DNA of 64,000 nt from Craspedostauros australis (lineage: Eukaryota). The stretch lies in the NCBI GenBank assembly GCA_030167865.1, contig JALAGF010004075.1:62001-126000 (forward strand), written 5' to 3'. Shown here piece by piece: positions 33,573 through 43,838 of this stretch (the first letter of the stretch is position 1; every line of letters starts with the position of its first letter). The notes beneath the pieces are model-generated. The model saw only the letters and a program-made list of their open reading frames with translations, had not been told where the DNA came from and searched no databases. The position numbers were made by a program, and so were the translations under genes.

Positions 33573-34544
33573 TCACTCTAGTCCACTCGACTTGAAGTCC
33601 CACATGCTTGCAGCTTTGGGGGCGATGTCCGAAACCACCTTCCACAGCTTGTCCCGCTCCTTCTGTTCGTATGCGGAACCAGAGGCCCTCCTCGACGATT
33701 TCCACACGAAGTACTCTCCGGTTGTATCCTCCACCTCATCGTCCGAACAGAGCCACGTTTGATCTAGCGCATCCTCCACGTCAATACCGCACGGTCCCCA
33801 TCCGGCGAACAGCATCTTGGTGTTGACGGTCCCCGGATCCAAGCAGTTGCACGTGATTTGGTCCGTGCCGTATCCAGCCTCTTCCAAACGCTTTGCGAAC
33901 TCCATCGACAACATGGCATCGAACAACTTGGATTCGCTGTACGATCCATGAGCGCTGAAGGAGCGCGATGCGTACTGCAGATCTTCCCAATGTCGGATGG
34001 AGCCGCATTGCGAGATCGAGGACGCGATGACGATGCGGCTCTTGCGCTGCAGCAGCTGCGGCAACAGCATGGACGTGATGACGAAGGTTGCCATGACGTT
34101 GACCGCAAAGGTTTGCTCCAGGCCATCGTCCGTGCGGATCAGCTCCTCCGAGTACACGCCAGCGTTGTTCATCAGGACGCAGAGATGCAGCTGGTTGTCC
34201 GCGCACGTCTTTTGCACGTCCCGCACCAGCGCCTCGCATCCGGCCACGGTGGAGATGTCGGCTGGTGCGAGAGGGCAGACCGTGATGTCGTCTTGGGATG
34301 GTCCGCAGTCTGCTGCAAAGGCTCGCACTGTTGCTGCTGCCTTCTGAATGCGTTCTTGGGATCTGCCGTGGATGAGGACGTTGTATCCCTTCGCGGCCAG
34401 GTTCTTTGCGGTCGTCACGCCGATCCCGTCCGTGGATCCGGTGACGAGCACGGTTGGTCGTGCCATGGCATTCATCTCCACTGACAACGCCGTTGACTGG
34501 AGGCAGGACACTGCCCAAAGCAGCAAGGTTGCAGCGTGCATCAT
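33573..34544 (-). CDS. Short-chain dehydrogenase/reductase (retinol dehydrogenase/WWOX-like) with signal peptide
   Basis: 'LVTGSTDGIG', 'LMNNAG', 'TFAVN', catalytic 'YSESK', 'LDPGTVNT'. Confidence 0.9.
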   Translation of the reverse strand: MMHAATLLLWAVSCLQSTALSVEMNAMARPTVLVTGSTDGIGVTTAKNLAAKGYNVLIHGRSQERIQKAAATVRAFAADCGPSQDDITVCPLAPADISTVAGCEALVRDVQKTCADNQLHLCVLMNNAGVYSEELIRTDDGLEQTFAVNVMATFVITSMLLPQLLQRKSRIVIASSISQCGSIRHWEDLQYASRSFSAHGSYSESKLFDAMLSMEFAKRLEEAGYGTDQITCNCLDPGTVNTKMLFAGWGPCGIDVEDALDQTWLCSDDEVEDTTGEYFVWKSSRRASGSAYEQKERDKLWKVVSDIAPKAASMWDFKSSGLE

Positions 34545-35015
34545 CAATGTTAGCTGATCAGAGATGGTGGCAGTGATAGCAATGGTACCAGTGGTCGTAG
34601 TAGTCGTGGAGTGGAGGCGATTGTCGCGTTGGTGCGACTACAGTATCCGCAGAGTGCAACTCTCTCTTGATCAAGCTGGCTGTTGCAAGCGCAATGGAGG
34701 CGATGGCAACGTTGGTGGTGGAGTGCCGATTCTCAGAGATGGGATCTCTTCTGTTTTGTGTCCCCTGAGGATACCAATCGATCTGTCAGAATCACAACAT
34801 CACCAAACCGAACCTTTGTGCTGCCAGCATGGGTGGGGTCGTAACACTCGTGCAATACTCGTGCAATACCAGAGCAGGCCTCTCCTCCGAATCAAATGCG
34901 GCTGCCTGCAACGGTATCGCACCATGCTCAACATACTCTCTAGAGAAACACGAGGTCGAGTGATCATTGCAGTCCAAGTACAGTGACAGTGACATGACTG
35001 CATGCTATTTGTAGA

Positions 35016-36716
35016 TCAGTCTTCCACCATGTCTAATTCGACGAATATGTTCGAAATGATGTAGTTCGAGCATAGGAAGCCATCGGGATCAACGAGCCGA
35101 AGAACTTCGGCAGGCGACGTCCCATCCTTGCCGCCGCCCGGCGTTGATATCACTTCTGCAAAACCAAGATCGAAACCCAGCTGGGCACCATCCAGAACCT
35201 GTTGTTTGATCTGCTCTCCAAACCGTCTCCGCACCCAGTCCAAGTCGAGGCCATCGGATGTTCGCAGCCGTTTCATGATGACATCGGTGAGGTACTCATC
35301 GTCGCTATCTTGAGATGAGGTGGTCTCGTCACTGTCAAGGTCCGCATCAATGATTGATTCTTTGCCGATAGGGTCAATGCGCCGTGTTGTCATTGCGTCA
35401 CCCGGCTGTTGATCCTTCACCCAGGTCAGGTAATCGGCCATCTTATTGGGCCTGGCGACAGTCCGTTGATTCACGTTGCTTGTGGACCCCAAACCAAAGG
35501 CGTACCATTGACCCTCAGGGTTCCAATAAATTTGGTTGTGATGACTGCGCAATTCGGGCTTGGCTGCGTACGAACTCACTTCGTAGTGCTCATACCCTTG
35601 GCTTCGCAGGTATTTCGACGCATACTTGTACATGGTTGCACAATCATCTTCGGAAGGTAGCACCGGCGTTGTTGTTGCTCCTGTCGACGCTGTGGATTGA
35701 GAGACCACCTTGTCGACGTCCGCATCAATCTCAGCGTCCTTGAACCAATTCCCGAACACCGTTCCCCGTTCGATCTGCAGATCGTAAACGCTGATGTGCG
35801 ATGGCTTCGGCATGAGATCGCCCGTTGCTATCGACAGGGTCTCCTCCCATGTTGTCACGGAAAGTCCCGGCAATCCCGAAATCAAGTCGAGCGAGTAATT
35901 GACATCGTCCCCAAAGACCTCCTGCAAACTACGCAGAGCGTCGTCGATATCACGTCGCCGATGCACACGACCGATGGTCTCGAGCAAATGATCGTCGAAA
36001 GATTGGACTCCCAACGAGATGCGGTTGATCCCCATATCTTTCAGCGCACGCAGTTTGTCCGTCGTGAACGTCCCCGGATCCATCTCGATCGTCACCTCGG
36101 CGTCTTCGCTGAGATGGAACGGAGAATCTGGAGACTTGTGGATCGCATCGAGGATGTTCGCGATCGTCGCAACCGGGGCCAAGGACGGCGTTCCACCGCC
36201 GAAGTAGATGGAGCTCAGCGCAACTTTGGGCGTGTTCGATGATGTCGGAACGTTGCCGAGCTCGGTCAAGACAGCCTCCAGATACTGTTGATTCATGCGT
36301 TGGAATCCTTCGTTGTTGGCATCCAGTGTTTGCTGTGCATTGAACTCCGGGATGACGGAAGATCCGACGGGTACAATCGCGAAGTTGCAATACCGGCAAC
36401 GCCGTCTGCAGTAAGGGATGTGAATGTACAGACCGACGGGATGTTGCTGCTCTTGCTGGGCTGCGCGTTGTCTCCGCGAATCGGCAACAGCTCCGGAGTG
36501 AGACCGCAACCGAGTTTGTTGCAGGGCTGTCGGTGATGTGCCGCAACTTTGCCATCGACATTGCCGTTGCGATTCGTATTGACAATGTATCTCATTGTGC
36601 TCGCACTGTGCTCCCATTCTCTGCTTCTGCGGCGATTGCACTTGCACAAACGCAGATGCTGGCAACGACCGATGGATGATGAGGTACACGAAGAGCACAA
36701 GAATCGTCGTCATCAT
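35016..36716 (-). CDS. hemW: HemW/RSAD1-type radical SAM heme chaperone (HemN-like), predicted plastid-targeted
   Basis: 'LYIHIPYCRRRCRYCNF' (CxxxCxxC), 'YFGGGTPS', 'RISLGVQSF', 'YEVSSYA', and the HemW-type 'HNQIYW' (HNxxYW). Presequence 'PASA-F'. Confidence 0.88.
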   Translation of the reverse strand: MMTTILVLFVYLIIHRSLPASAFVQVQSPQKQRMGAQCEHNEIHCQYESQRQCRWQSCGTSPTALQQTRLRSHSGAVADSRRQRAAQQEQQHPVGLYIHIPYCRRRCRYCNFAIVPVGSSVIPEFNAQQTLDANNEGFQRMNQQYLEAVLTELGNVPTSSNTPKVALSSIYFGGGTPSLAPVATIANILDAIHKSPDSPFHLSEDAEVTIEMDPGTFTTDKLRALKDMGINRISLGVQSFDDHLLETIGRVHRRRDIDDALRSLQEVFGDDVNYSLDLISGLPGLSVTTWEETLSIATGDLMPKPSHISVYDLQIERGTVFGNWFKDAEIDADVDKVVSQSTASTGATTTPVLPSEDDCATMYKYASKYLRSQGYEHYEVSSYAAKPELRSHHNQIYWNPEGQWYAFGLGSTSNVNQRTVARPNKMADYLTWVKDQQPGDAMTTRRIDPIGKESIIDADLDSDETTSSQDSDDEYLTDVIMKRLRTSDGLDLDWVRRRFGEQIKQQVLDGAQLGFDLGFAEVISTPGGGKDGTSPAEVLRLVDPDGFLCSNYIISNIFVELDMVED

Positions 36717-37236
36717 ATCATGCAATATGCGTCCAACTTTGATGTTGGAAGTCCTCAGAACTGAACTCAACAGATGACGACGTTGTGCTCTCTTCTAATT
36801 ATATTCCACCGGGTGTTTTCGTAACTAGAATGAATGGCAGAATGAATGGGCATTCCATGGAGCAGAGATAGCAGTATCTTTTCTGGAGCTGATGTGCGAT
36901 CCACAATTATGGTACCATTTCTTCGGTGGACGTGATGGTTGATGTGTCACCAGTGATGGTTTCGGCGTCACTTTTCTTTGGGAGATCTGGCGATTCGACT
37001 CGTTCGACTAAATTGGTTTGAGTTGGTGGGATGAAGTTTCGTGCACGCAATCGTGGCGCAGTGTGCACGAAGAAGAGAGCGCCGCCACAGCCAAGCAAGC
37101 AGATAAAGTGCTCACATTGGGCTTTGCCGTCATTGTCATTGTTATTGTCATCATCGATGCCAGAGACACCTGCACGTCCATCGTTGTGGCTTCGCCCAAA
37201 GCATCTGACAGAAACAGACAGCGGCTGATAGTAGCG

Positions 37237-38775
37237 ATGGCACCGAATAAGCGACCGCTTGCGTTGGAACAGCCCGAGAATGGCGGCGGCAAGAGACAGA
37301 GGACGCGAGACGACAGACAGGAGGACGCGATCAACGATCCTGCTTCTGCCATCAATGATGATGATGATGATGATACTCATAGCGGGGAGGAAGACAAAGG
37401 ATGCTGCACGACGTTGGAGCCGCTGTTCACGCTGCCGCTGTCGTTCGTGTTCACGGAGGTCGCATCGCAGCAGGGCAAGAAGAAGCCGTTGCTGACCAAG
37501 CCAGAGGCGCAGTGCTTCATCCAGCTGTCGTTGCTCATCTACGAACTGGACGTTCTGCTGCGCACTTCGGAGATGGCATTGCACAATCGCAGCATGTACA
37601 GATCGCTGCAGCAATGGATCGTGAGGCACAGGAATCCGTACTTCTATCCCTTGGTACCCATATTGCAGGTCTGGGATGCGTGCGCGTTGCAGGGCATGGC
37701 GCATTGTTCGCAGCCGTTGCACAGCATCCAATCCAAGCTTCGGGGTTGCAGGAAGGTGCTGGGGCAGTCGGCGGAGCAGAACTGGATCGTTTCGGAGAAC
37801 TTGCAAGAGGCGTTGGATATGAATCAATCGTCGCCGTCGCATACCTTGGCCGAAAGCAAGGGGAAGTTGGCGGAGCTGGAGGATGAGCTGTGCGCCCGTC
37901 TTGATATCCTGCTGGGCTTCGATGTTGCGGATGGGAGCGAGTACGGTGACAAAGAGAACGCGAACAGCAGTGAGAATGAGGCAGAGCATTCAGCGACACC
38001 AGGAGGTGGTGATAATCCTGATGACGCTGGTGGTGACGGTGGAAATGGCGATGGCGATGATGCCCAGAGCGCCAACGCTGATTTCTGCCTGTCGATACTT
38101 GGATCATCGATGCTGCCCATCCATGACATCGCCGTGCGTTTGGGATTGATCAGCGGCGAGTTCAATAATAATAATAATAATGACGAGGGGGATGGCGACG
38201 CGCAAGAGCATGAAGACAACGATAACCGAGTCGAAAAGGATGGCCGAGCGAAGGGCAGTGAGGACAATACCGCTGCGGGTGACATCCAAACTCCCGCCAG
38301 CGATGGCAACATCGTCACGAACATCGACAAGATCAAAGAAGAGACGGCCGTCGTTTCGGAGGCCATGCCGTCTCAGGCTGATATCGCGACACCCGCTGTT
38401 CCCGGTGCTGATGGAGAGAAGGCCGGCAACGCATCGCCTGCGAGCGCACCCGCCGAAGCGATGGACGTTGACAGCGATGCAACGAGGTCCATGGGCATGG
38501 CGGACACACGAGAAGACAAGTTGGCCGACAGCGAGATACCGGAAGAGAAAGCCGCGCCACCAAAAGCGATGCAAGCGGAGGAGACTTCTGCGGTGCCGTC
38601 GGCAGAGAAAGGCGATATCCAGGAGAGATCGGAAGATACGCAGGAAGTAGGTCAGTTCCTCACCATGCTTGGCAGCACGAGTACCTCCAACGACAACACT
38701 CCCAATGGCTCCATGGATGAGGGTGAAAACAAGGAAGAACCCACGACCGAAACGCAACCTAACAAAGCAAAATAG
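37237..38775 (+). CDS. Hypothetical protein (helical N-terminal half, acidic disordered C-terminus)
   Basis: Over 500 open codons with coding-like composition and NLS-like 'KRQRTR'; no family recognised. Confidence 0.7.
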   Translation: MAPNKRPLALEQPENGGGKRQRTRDDRQEDAINDPASAINDDDDDDTHSGEEDKGCCTTLEPLFTLPLSFVFTEVASQQGKKKPLLTKPEAQCFIQLSLLIYELDVLLRTSEMALHNRSMYRSLQQWIVRHRNPYFYPLVPILQVWDACALQGMAHCSQPLHSIQSKLRGCRKVLGQSAEQNWIVSENLQEALDMNQSSPSHTLAESKGKLAELEDELCARLDILLGFDVADGSEYGDKENANSSENEAEHSATPGGGDNPDDAGGDGGNGDGDDAQSANADFCLSILGSSMLPIHDIAVRLGLISGEFNNNNNNDEGDGDAQEHEDNDNRVEKDGRAKGSEDNTAAGDIQTPASDGNIVTNIDKIKEETAVVSEAMPSQADIATPAVPGADGEKAGNASPASAPAEAMDVDSDATRSMGMADTREDKLADSEIPEEKAAPPKAMQAEETSAVPSAEKGDIQERSEDTQEVGQFLTMLGSTSTSNDNTPNGSMDEGENKEEPTTETQPNKAK

Positions 38776-39153
38776 TGTGCGAAGTAGAGCAGAGGAGAGT
38801 ATGGTGAGGTGTTTGTCTGTGACTAGCATACGCAGAGGAAGAGCAGTGCCTACACACACAACCAGTCTTGCTCCGGCTGACAATGGAGAAACACATGGAA
38901 GACAGGAGTTTTCGCCCACAAATGTACCCTGCTATCTATGTATGTTAGTGTGCGACTACAGAGGCACTTGGCAGCATGATACGAGAATTGTATCATCTTT
39001 GCATGTCATTAGTGCAGGCGCGCAACGTAGCACAAAACGAGCTATCATGGAGGTCTGGTTCGCTTCGCCCGATGATGGCGACGTGTCGAAGCGTTGTTGC
39101 ATGACGATCATGCATCGGTTGGCTGGTTGATGGATCGGTTGATCACAGTCGGT

Positions 39154-40539
39154 TTAACCCAAAAGTGGCTTGTCGAAGAGGAGGGTCTGGACCATGGCAC
39201 CGGTGAAGGCGATCATGGCGAGGCGGCAGTGGACGATCTCCTGTGTCTGGCGGGTGAATTTCTGGGCGTCGTTCATCTTGCTCATCATGCCTCCGTCGAA
39301 GCCGATGTCACCTGGCTCGCCGTCATCGTAGTGCTTGTTGAAGTTGGCCATCTCGACGATGCCGATGGCGAGGAAGACCTGGAGGTTTCCAGCGAATCCG
39401 ACGGACTTGATGGCGCCGAAGATGTCGGTGTTGGTGAACTGGGATCCTGGGATGTGGATTCCGGCCTGCTGGACGAGCATACCGACGATGGCAAGCATGC
39501 AGATGCGTCCGTGCTTGAGCTCGGCCCATCGTGCGTACTTGAGGTCGGTCTGGATGTCGGAGATGCGCATTGGGTCGAATCCCATGTCACCTGGCATGCT
39601 GCCATCGAGCTTGTCTGGGCGGACAAGGAATGGGATGGCCTTGGACATCTCCTCGGCGTTCAAGGCGACCGAGTTGGTGCGTGCGGCGCTCTGTTCGTGT
39701 AGCCATGCGTGTTTGCGTGCGGTCATATATTCGCCATCGTCCGGGCATGGTATTCATCCATCCATCCATCCATCCATTCGTTCACATCCGTCCATTCGTT
39801 GAGTAGACAATCAGCCAACGAACCAATCGACCAACCATGGAATCGTCAAATCAAGTGTGCGGTGGCAGGTGGAATGACAGATGCGTGCCCCCATCATCCA
39901 AACGAAAGTGCCGACACATCACCAAGTTGAGTTACGTTTCGTTGTCCGTCCCGTTCCATTCCCAGCCGAAGTTTGTCGTCCATCCACCCATTCCGTTTCC
40001 GTTCAAACCCCACGAGTCGCATCAACACAGTTGCAGAGTGACCGATTGCGTTGTGCCAGGGCCATCCAATTGCACGATCCATCACGTATGGTAACGTCCC
40101 ATCCGAGAAGAGCAGCACCACCATCCAGGATTGCATCAAGGAGATCACCATCATGATGCATCGATGCAGAGTGCAATGCAAGATTGGTGGTATCCCAACA
40201 CCACGACAGCAGCGCATGATTGGTCACGAAATGGCGCGCAATAATCCATCAACGTGATGAACGTCCACGATGCAAGAATGCAGAAGCCACGGTGTGGCGT
40301 AGCAAAGAGAAGAAGAAGCAAGTTGGGTCAGTCTCGCTGCACCAAGAGAAAGAAGCCAAATCCGCAGAGGCACATCCACCACGGTCGTTCCAAGGTCATC
40401 TTGGAGTAGCACTCCAACCAACACTCCGCTACTACGGCAGCTCGGCGCAAGTTGTCGAGCATGAGGGACGCACCTGCTGAGCTGGGGCGAAGGCCGAGGC
40501 GCTTGCCAACAAGAGGGAGAGGATGGTGGATCGCATCAT
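39154..40539 (-). CDS. Lhcr: Light-harvesting complex protein, Lhcr-type fucoxanthin-chlorophyll a/c binding protein
   Basis: Exon 1 40539-40474 = MMRSTILSLLLASASAFAPAQQ (absent from the ORF track); intron 40473-39691; exon 2 39690-39154 with 'SKAIPFL', 'GDMGFDPM', 'AELKHGRICMLA', 'PGDIGFD', 'EIVHCRLAMIA'. Confidence 0.93.
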
Positions 40540-41595
40540 GGTGAACGGTACGGGGTATCGGCTGTTCTAGAAGAGAGTTGTTGTGACGGACACGCTGATG
40601 TCAATACCTGCTGGGCTGCTTGGACCAAGAGACAAACAGGCCGCGACAGCTCCGCCATCACATCAGCACCACTCCTTCACCCTCAGAACGGCCAAGCCAC
40701 CTTCAGCCACAACAACAGCAACCACGAAGCGGTCACAACGAAGAACACGAGAAAGAAGGACAACGAAGAAACACGCGCTGCCACACAACACGCTCCGACG
40801 TGATCGCGATCTCATCGCGCGTTTGTTGCGCACTGTTCTGCCCTCGTGACGTTGATGACAAGGATTTGCTTGAAGATCGCGACAACACTAATTCAAGGAA
40901 TTTGGAATTTCACTTTGACATCAAACTCGATTGTGGAAGAAGGCAAGTGGACTCATATGATCCTATGCGACCAATTCGACCATAGCAAATGCCAATCCAA
41001 AAGAACAACTCGGGAAAATCTGTAGCAACCAACAAAATCTAAAACGAGGTCAGACGCACAAGAAGCCGATCCAAACCATCAACATGCAAAGGTGTGGCCT
41101 CCTTGACACCATTCGACATTCACCACAATCTGACAGCGCATCACATCAACCTGCCAGCTGCCATCGCCAAACAAAGAGACACAAGAGCCAGCAAACCTCC
41201 ACATCACTGATCAACTCATTCATTCATTCATTCAACCATCCATCAATCCATCATTGCCACCACCCCATCGGCTTTCGATAGACTCTCTTCCTCCGCCTTC
41301 CGATCACAAAGAGAAGCAAGATTCTTATCGATCTGGTGATCTGGTGATTTGTTGATTTGTTGCGACCTGCCATTCTCATCGGAACACCTTCCGACGGATT
41401 GGGCAGACGCATTTGCGAATAGAGTGCACCATACGAGCAGGGAGTCCATCCAACCGACCCACCAGCATACCACCACACTGCAACACAATACAATACAACA
41501 CAACACAACATAACGACGGAGCACGGCACAACACCAACTAAGTCAATCCGAACAGCCCAAGCAACACAAAAGAACAAGTAAAGCAGAGGGCGACC

Positions 41596-43287
41596 ATGAC
41601 GGGACAGCTTGCCATCGCAGAGAGCGTGGCGGCGTCGGCGTTGCACACAGCGTTGCATGTCGCCAAAGGAGGAGCGGCGATTGCCGCCATCAATGGTGCG
41701 GCCACGCTGATGGAACCATCGGTGAACACCTTCGCTTCCTTCATCTCGCTCAGAGGTGGCGCGGCGAGTGCAGGTGCCACGAAATCCAGGGGCAAGGCCG
41801 ACCCCAAACCAAAGAAACAAATCGCAGCTGATACCAAAGCCAGGCGCAAGCAGATAGGAGCAAAAGAAGCCGAACAGCTGCCTCTGCCGCAAACACCGGA
41901 GGGAAAATCAGTTCTTTGCATGGCGGCGGGCATGGCGATGCATTACTTGGGATACAGTCTGGCCCGTTCCATCACTGTCGCGCTCTTCACGTCCTCATCC
42001 ACGGGATACGCGGGCATTCCCGGAGCCTTCCCCTTCGCCATGGCCTTCGTCAGTCCCCTCGCCCTCGCCTTGCTGCTGGGATACGGCAAGATCCTCCAGG
42101 CGTATGGACCCAGAGGTACGCTCAACCGCTGCACCCTGTTCTGCGCATCCGGGATGCTGGCATCAGCAGCCCTTATCCAATTTCTGCAGAAGAGCGGCGT
42201 CATGTTCTTCGGCATACCGGCGATCAAGTTCGTCACGGGTCCGCTATTCGTCTTCCGCGAGAGCTACGTGCAGCTCTTGACGAGCCAGTACTGGTCCTTC
42301 ATGGCGTCAGTGCTGTCGCCAGATCAGTCCGCGCGCTGGTTCGCACCCATCTCGGGCCTCACCAGCATGTCCTCCATGTTCGGCGGAATGGCTGTCTCGA
42401 CCCTCGCCGAGAAGGTGGGCTTGACGGGCGCCCTCTGCTGCACCGGCATTGCCCTCATCCTCAGTCTCGTCGCCACCAACGCGGCGTACACCATCGCGGA
42501 GACACATGGATTCGCACCGACATCAGAGCAGATGGACAAGAAGAAGAAATCGGCCATGAACAAGCGCAGATCACCGCTCGGCAACAGAGGCAAAGCACAG
42601 GAAGCAGAAGAACAAGACCACAAGGAGATGGGGATGGTGCAAAAGGCGTCGTCCCTGTTCGCGCGTGTGCCCGTGCTGCGGGCGCTGTTCTTTGAGATTC
42701 TCGCATCGCAGGGTCTGGCCACCTTGCTCAACGTGGTGTTCGTACACAGCCTCGGCGCCAGCATCCCCGATGACAACGTCCGTGCCGGCTGGGTGGGCAA
42801 CTTCTACGCCCTCATCAACTTCATCAGCATGACGTTACAATTCGGCGTGCTGCCGATACTGATGCAGATCCTGGAACCGCGCGATCTGTGGCGATCCCTC
42901 CCCATCATCTCCCTGTTCTTCACCACCTTCCAGGCCGTGCAGCTCAAGCCGACTTTGCACATCGTGAGCACGTCGTTGCTGGTGATGAAGGTCCTGGAGT
43001 ACTCCGCCAGACGCATGCTCGACGAGATGGTGTACGTCCCGCTGGACTTTGAGAGCCGCTTCGTCGGCAAGGAGATCATCGGCGTGTTCGGACATCGGTT
43101 CGGCAAATCGCTCATGTCGCTGTCGTTGTCAGGATTGACGTCAACCTTCGGTCACTTCAGCGTGAGGCAGCTCTCGGTATTGTGCGATGTGGCCGCCATC
43201 ATGTGGGTGCGGGCTGCATGGTCGTTGAGCGTGCTGGTACCGACGCGGCAGCAGGCCCAGGATAAGTATACCGAGACGAGGAGTTGA
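41596..43287 (+). CDS. Nucleotide transporter (NTT/TLC ATP-ADP carrier family, MFS fold)
   Basis: About 12 TM segments; 'SQYWSFMASVL...SARWFAPI', and 'EMVYVPLDFESRFVGKEIIGVFGHRFGKS' resembling the NTT C-terminal signature. Confidence 0.82.
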   Translation: MTGQLAIAESVAASALHTALHVAKGGAAIAAINGAATLMEPSVNTFASFISLRGGAASAGATKSRGKADPKPKKQIAADTKARRKQIGAKEAEQLPLPQTPEGKSVLCMAAGMAMHYLGYSLARSITVALFTSSSTGYAGIPGAFPFAMAFVSPLALALLLGYGKILQAYGPRGTLNRCTLFCASGMLASAALIQFLQKSGVMFFGIPAIKFVTGPLFVFRESYVQLLTSQYWSFMASVLSPDQSARWFAPISGLTSMSSMFGGMAVSTLAEKVGLTGALCCTGIALILSLVATNAAYTIAETHGFAPTSEQMDKKKKSAMNKRRSPLGNRGKAQEAEEQDHKEMGMVQKASSLFARVPVLRALFFEILASQGLATLLNVVFVHSLGASIPDDNVRAGWVGNFYALINFISMTLQFGVLPILMQILEPRDLWRSLPIISLFFTTFQAVQLKPTLHIVSTSLLVMKVLEYSARRMLDEMVYVPLDFESRFVGKEIIGVFGHRFGKSLMSLSLSGLTSTFGHFSVRQLSVLCDVAAIMWVRAAWSLSVLVPTRQQAQDKYTETRS

Positions 43288-43838
43288 CGTGCGCTGTGAT
43301 CGTGGAAGAAGTCTGTGGCTGTCACGCTGCTACGTAGTCGTATGAGCCAGAGTAAAAGATGATTGAACGTTGCAACAGAGTGAGATCCAGAGCAAGGCCA
43401 AGTCAAGTCAACCCAATAATACAATGCAGAGCAAATGAAGCATCTCGTATTGGCTAACTAAAGTATCCAACGAACTCAGCATAAAGTAAGGTGCCAACGT
43501 TGACATTTCCATTGCTCTATTCTCTGTTATTCTATTCTGAAATACTGGCATACACTAATGCTCCAGGTCGTAGGTTGCAAGTCCATGCCAACCGCCCAGC
43601 ATTTCGATCGAGGGATTGCGGACGTGGCAGCATGTTCTTCGTTACCACAAATCGAATGGTTTCTCCGCCACATCATCAACCCAAACGCATCAGAGGAACA
43701 ATCACAACAAGAGAACATCCCTGTGTGAACTTGAGCGCGAGCGCTTCATGAAGAGACGGCTTGGCTCTCTGCCTCACATCACAAAATGAAGCACTGGCCT
43801 GCACGCAAGAGTGCTCGCACAATTCAAAGTGGAGAGTC

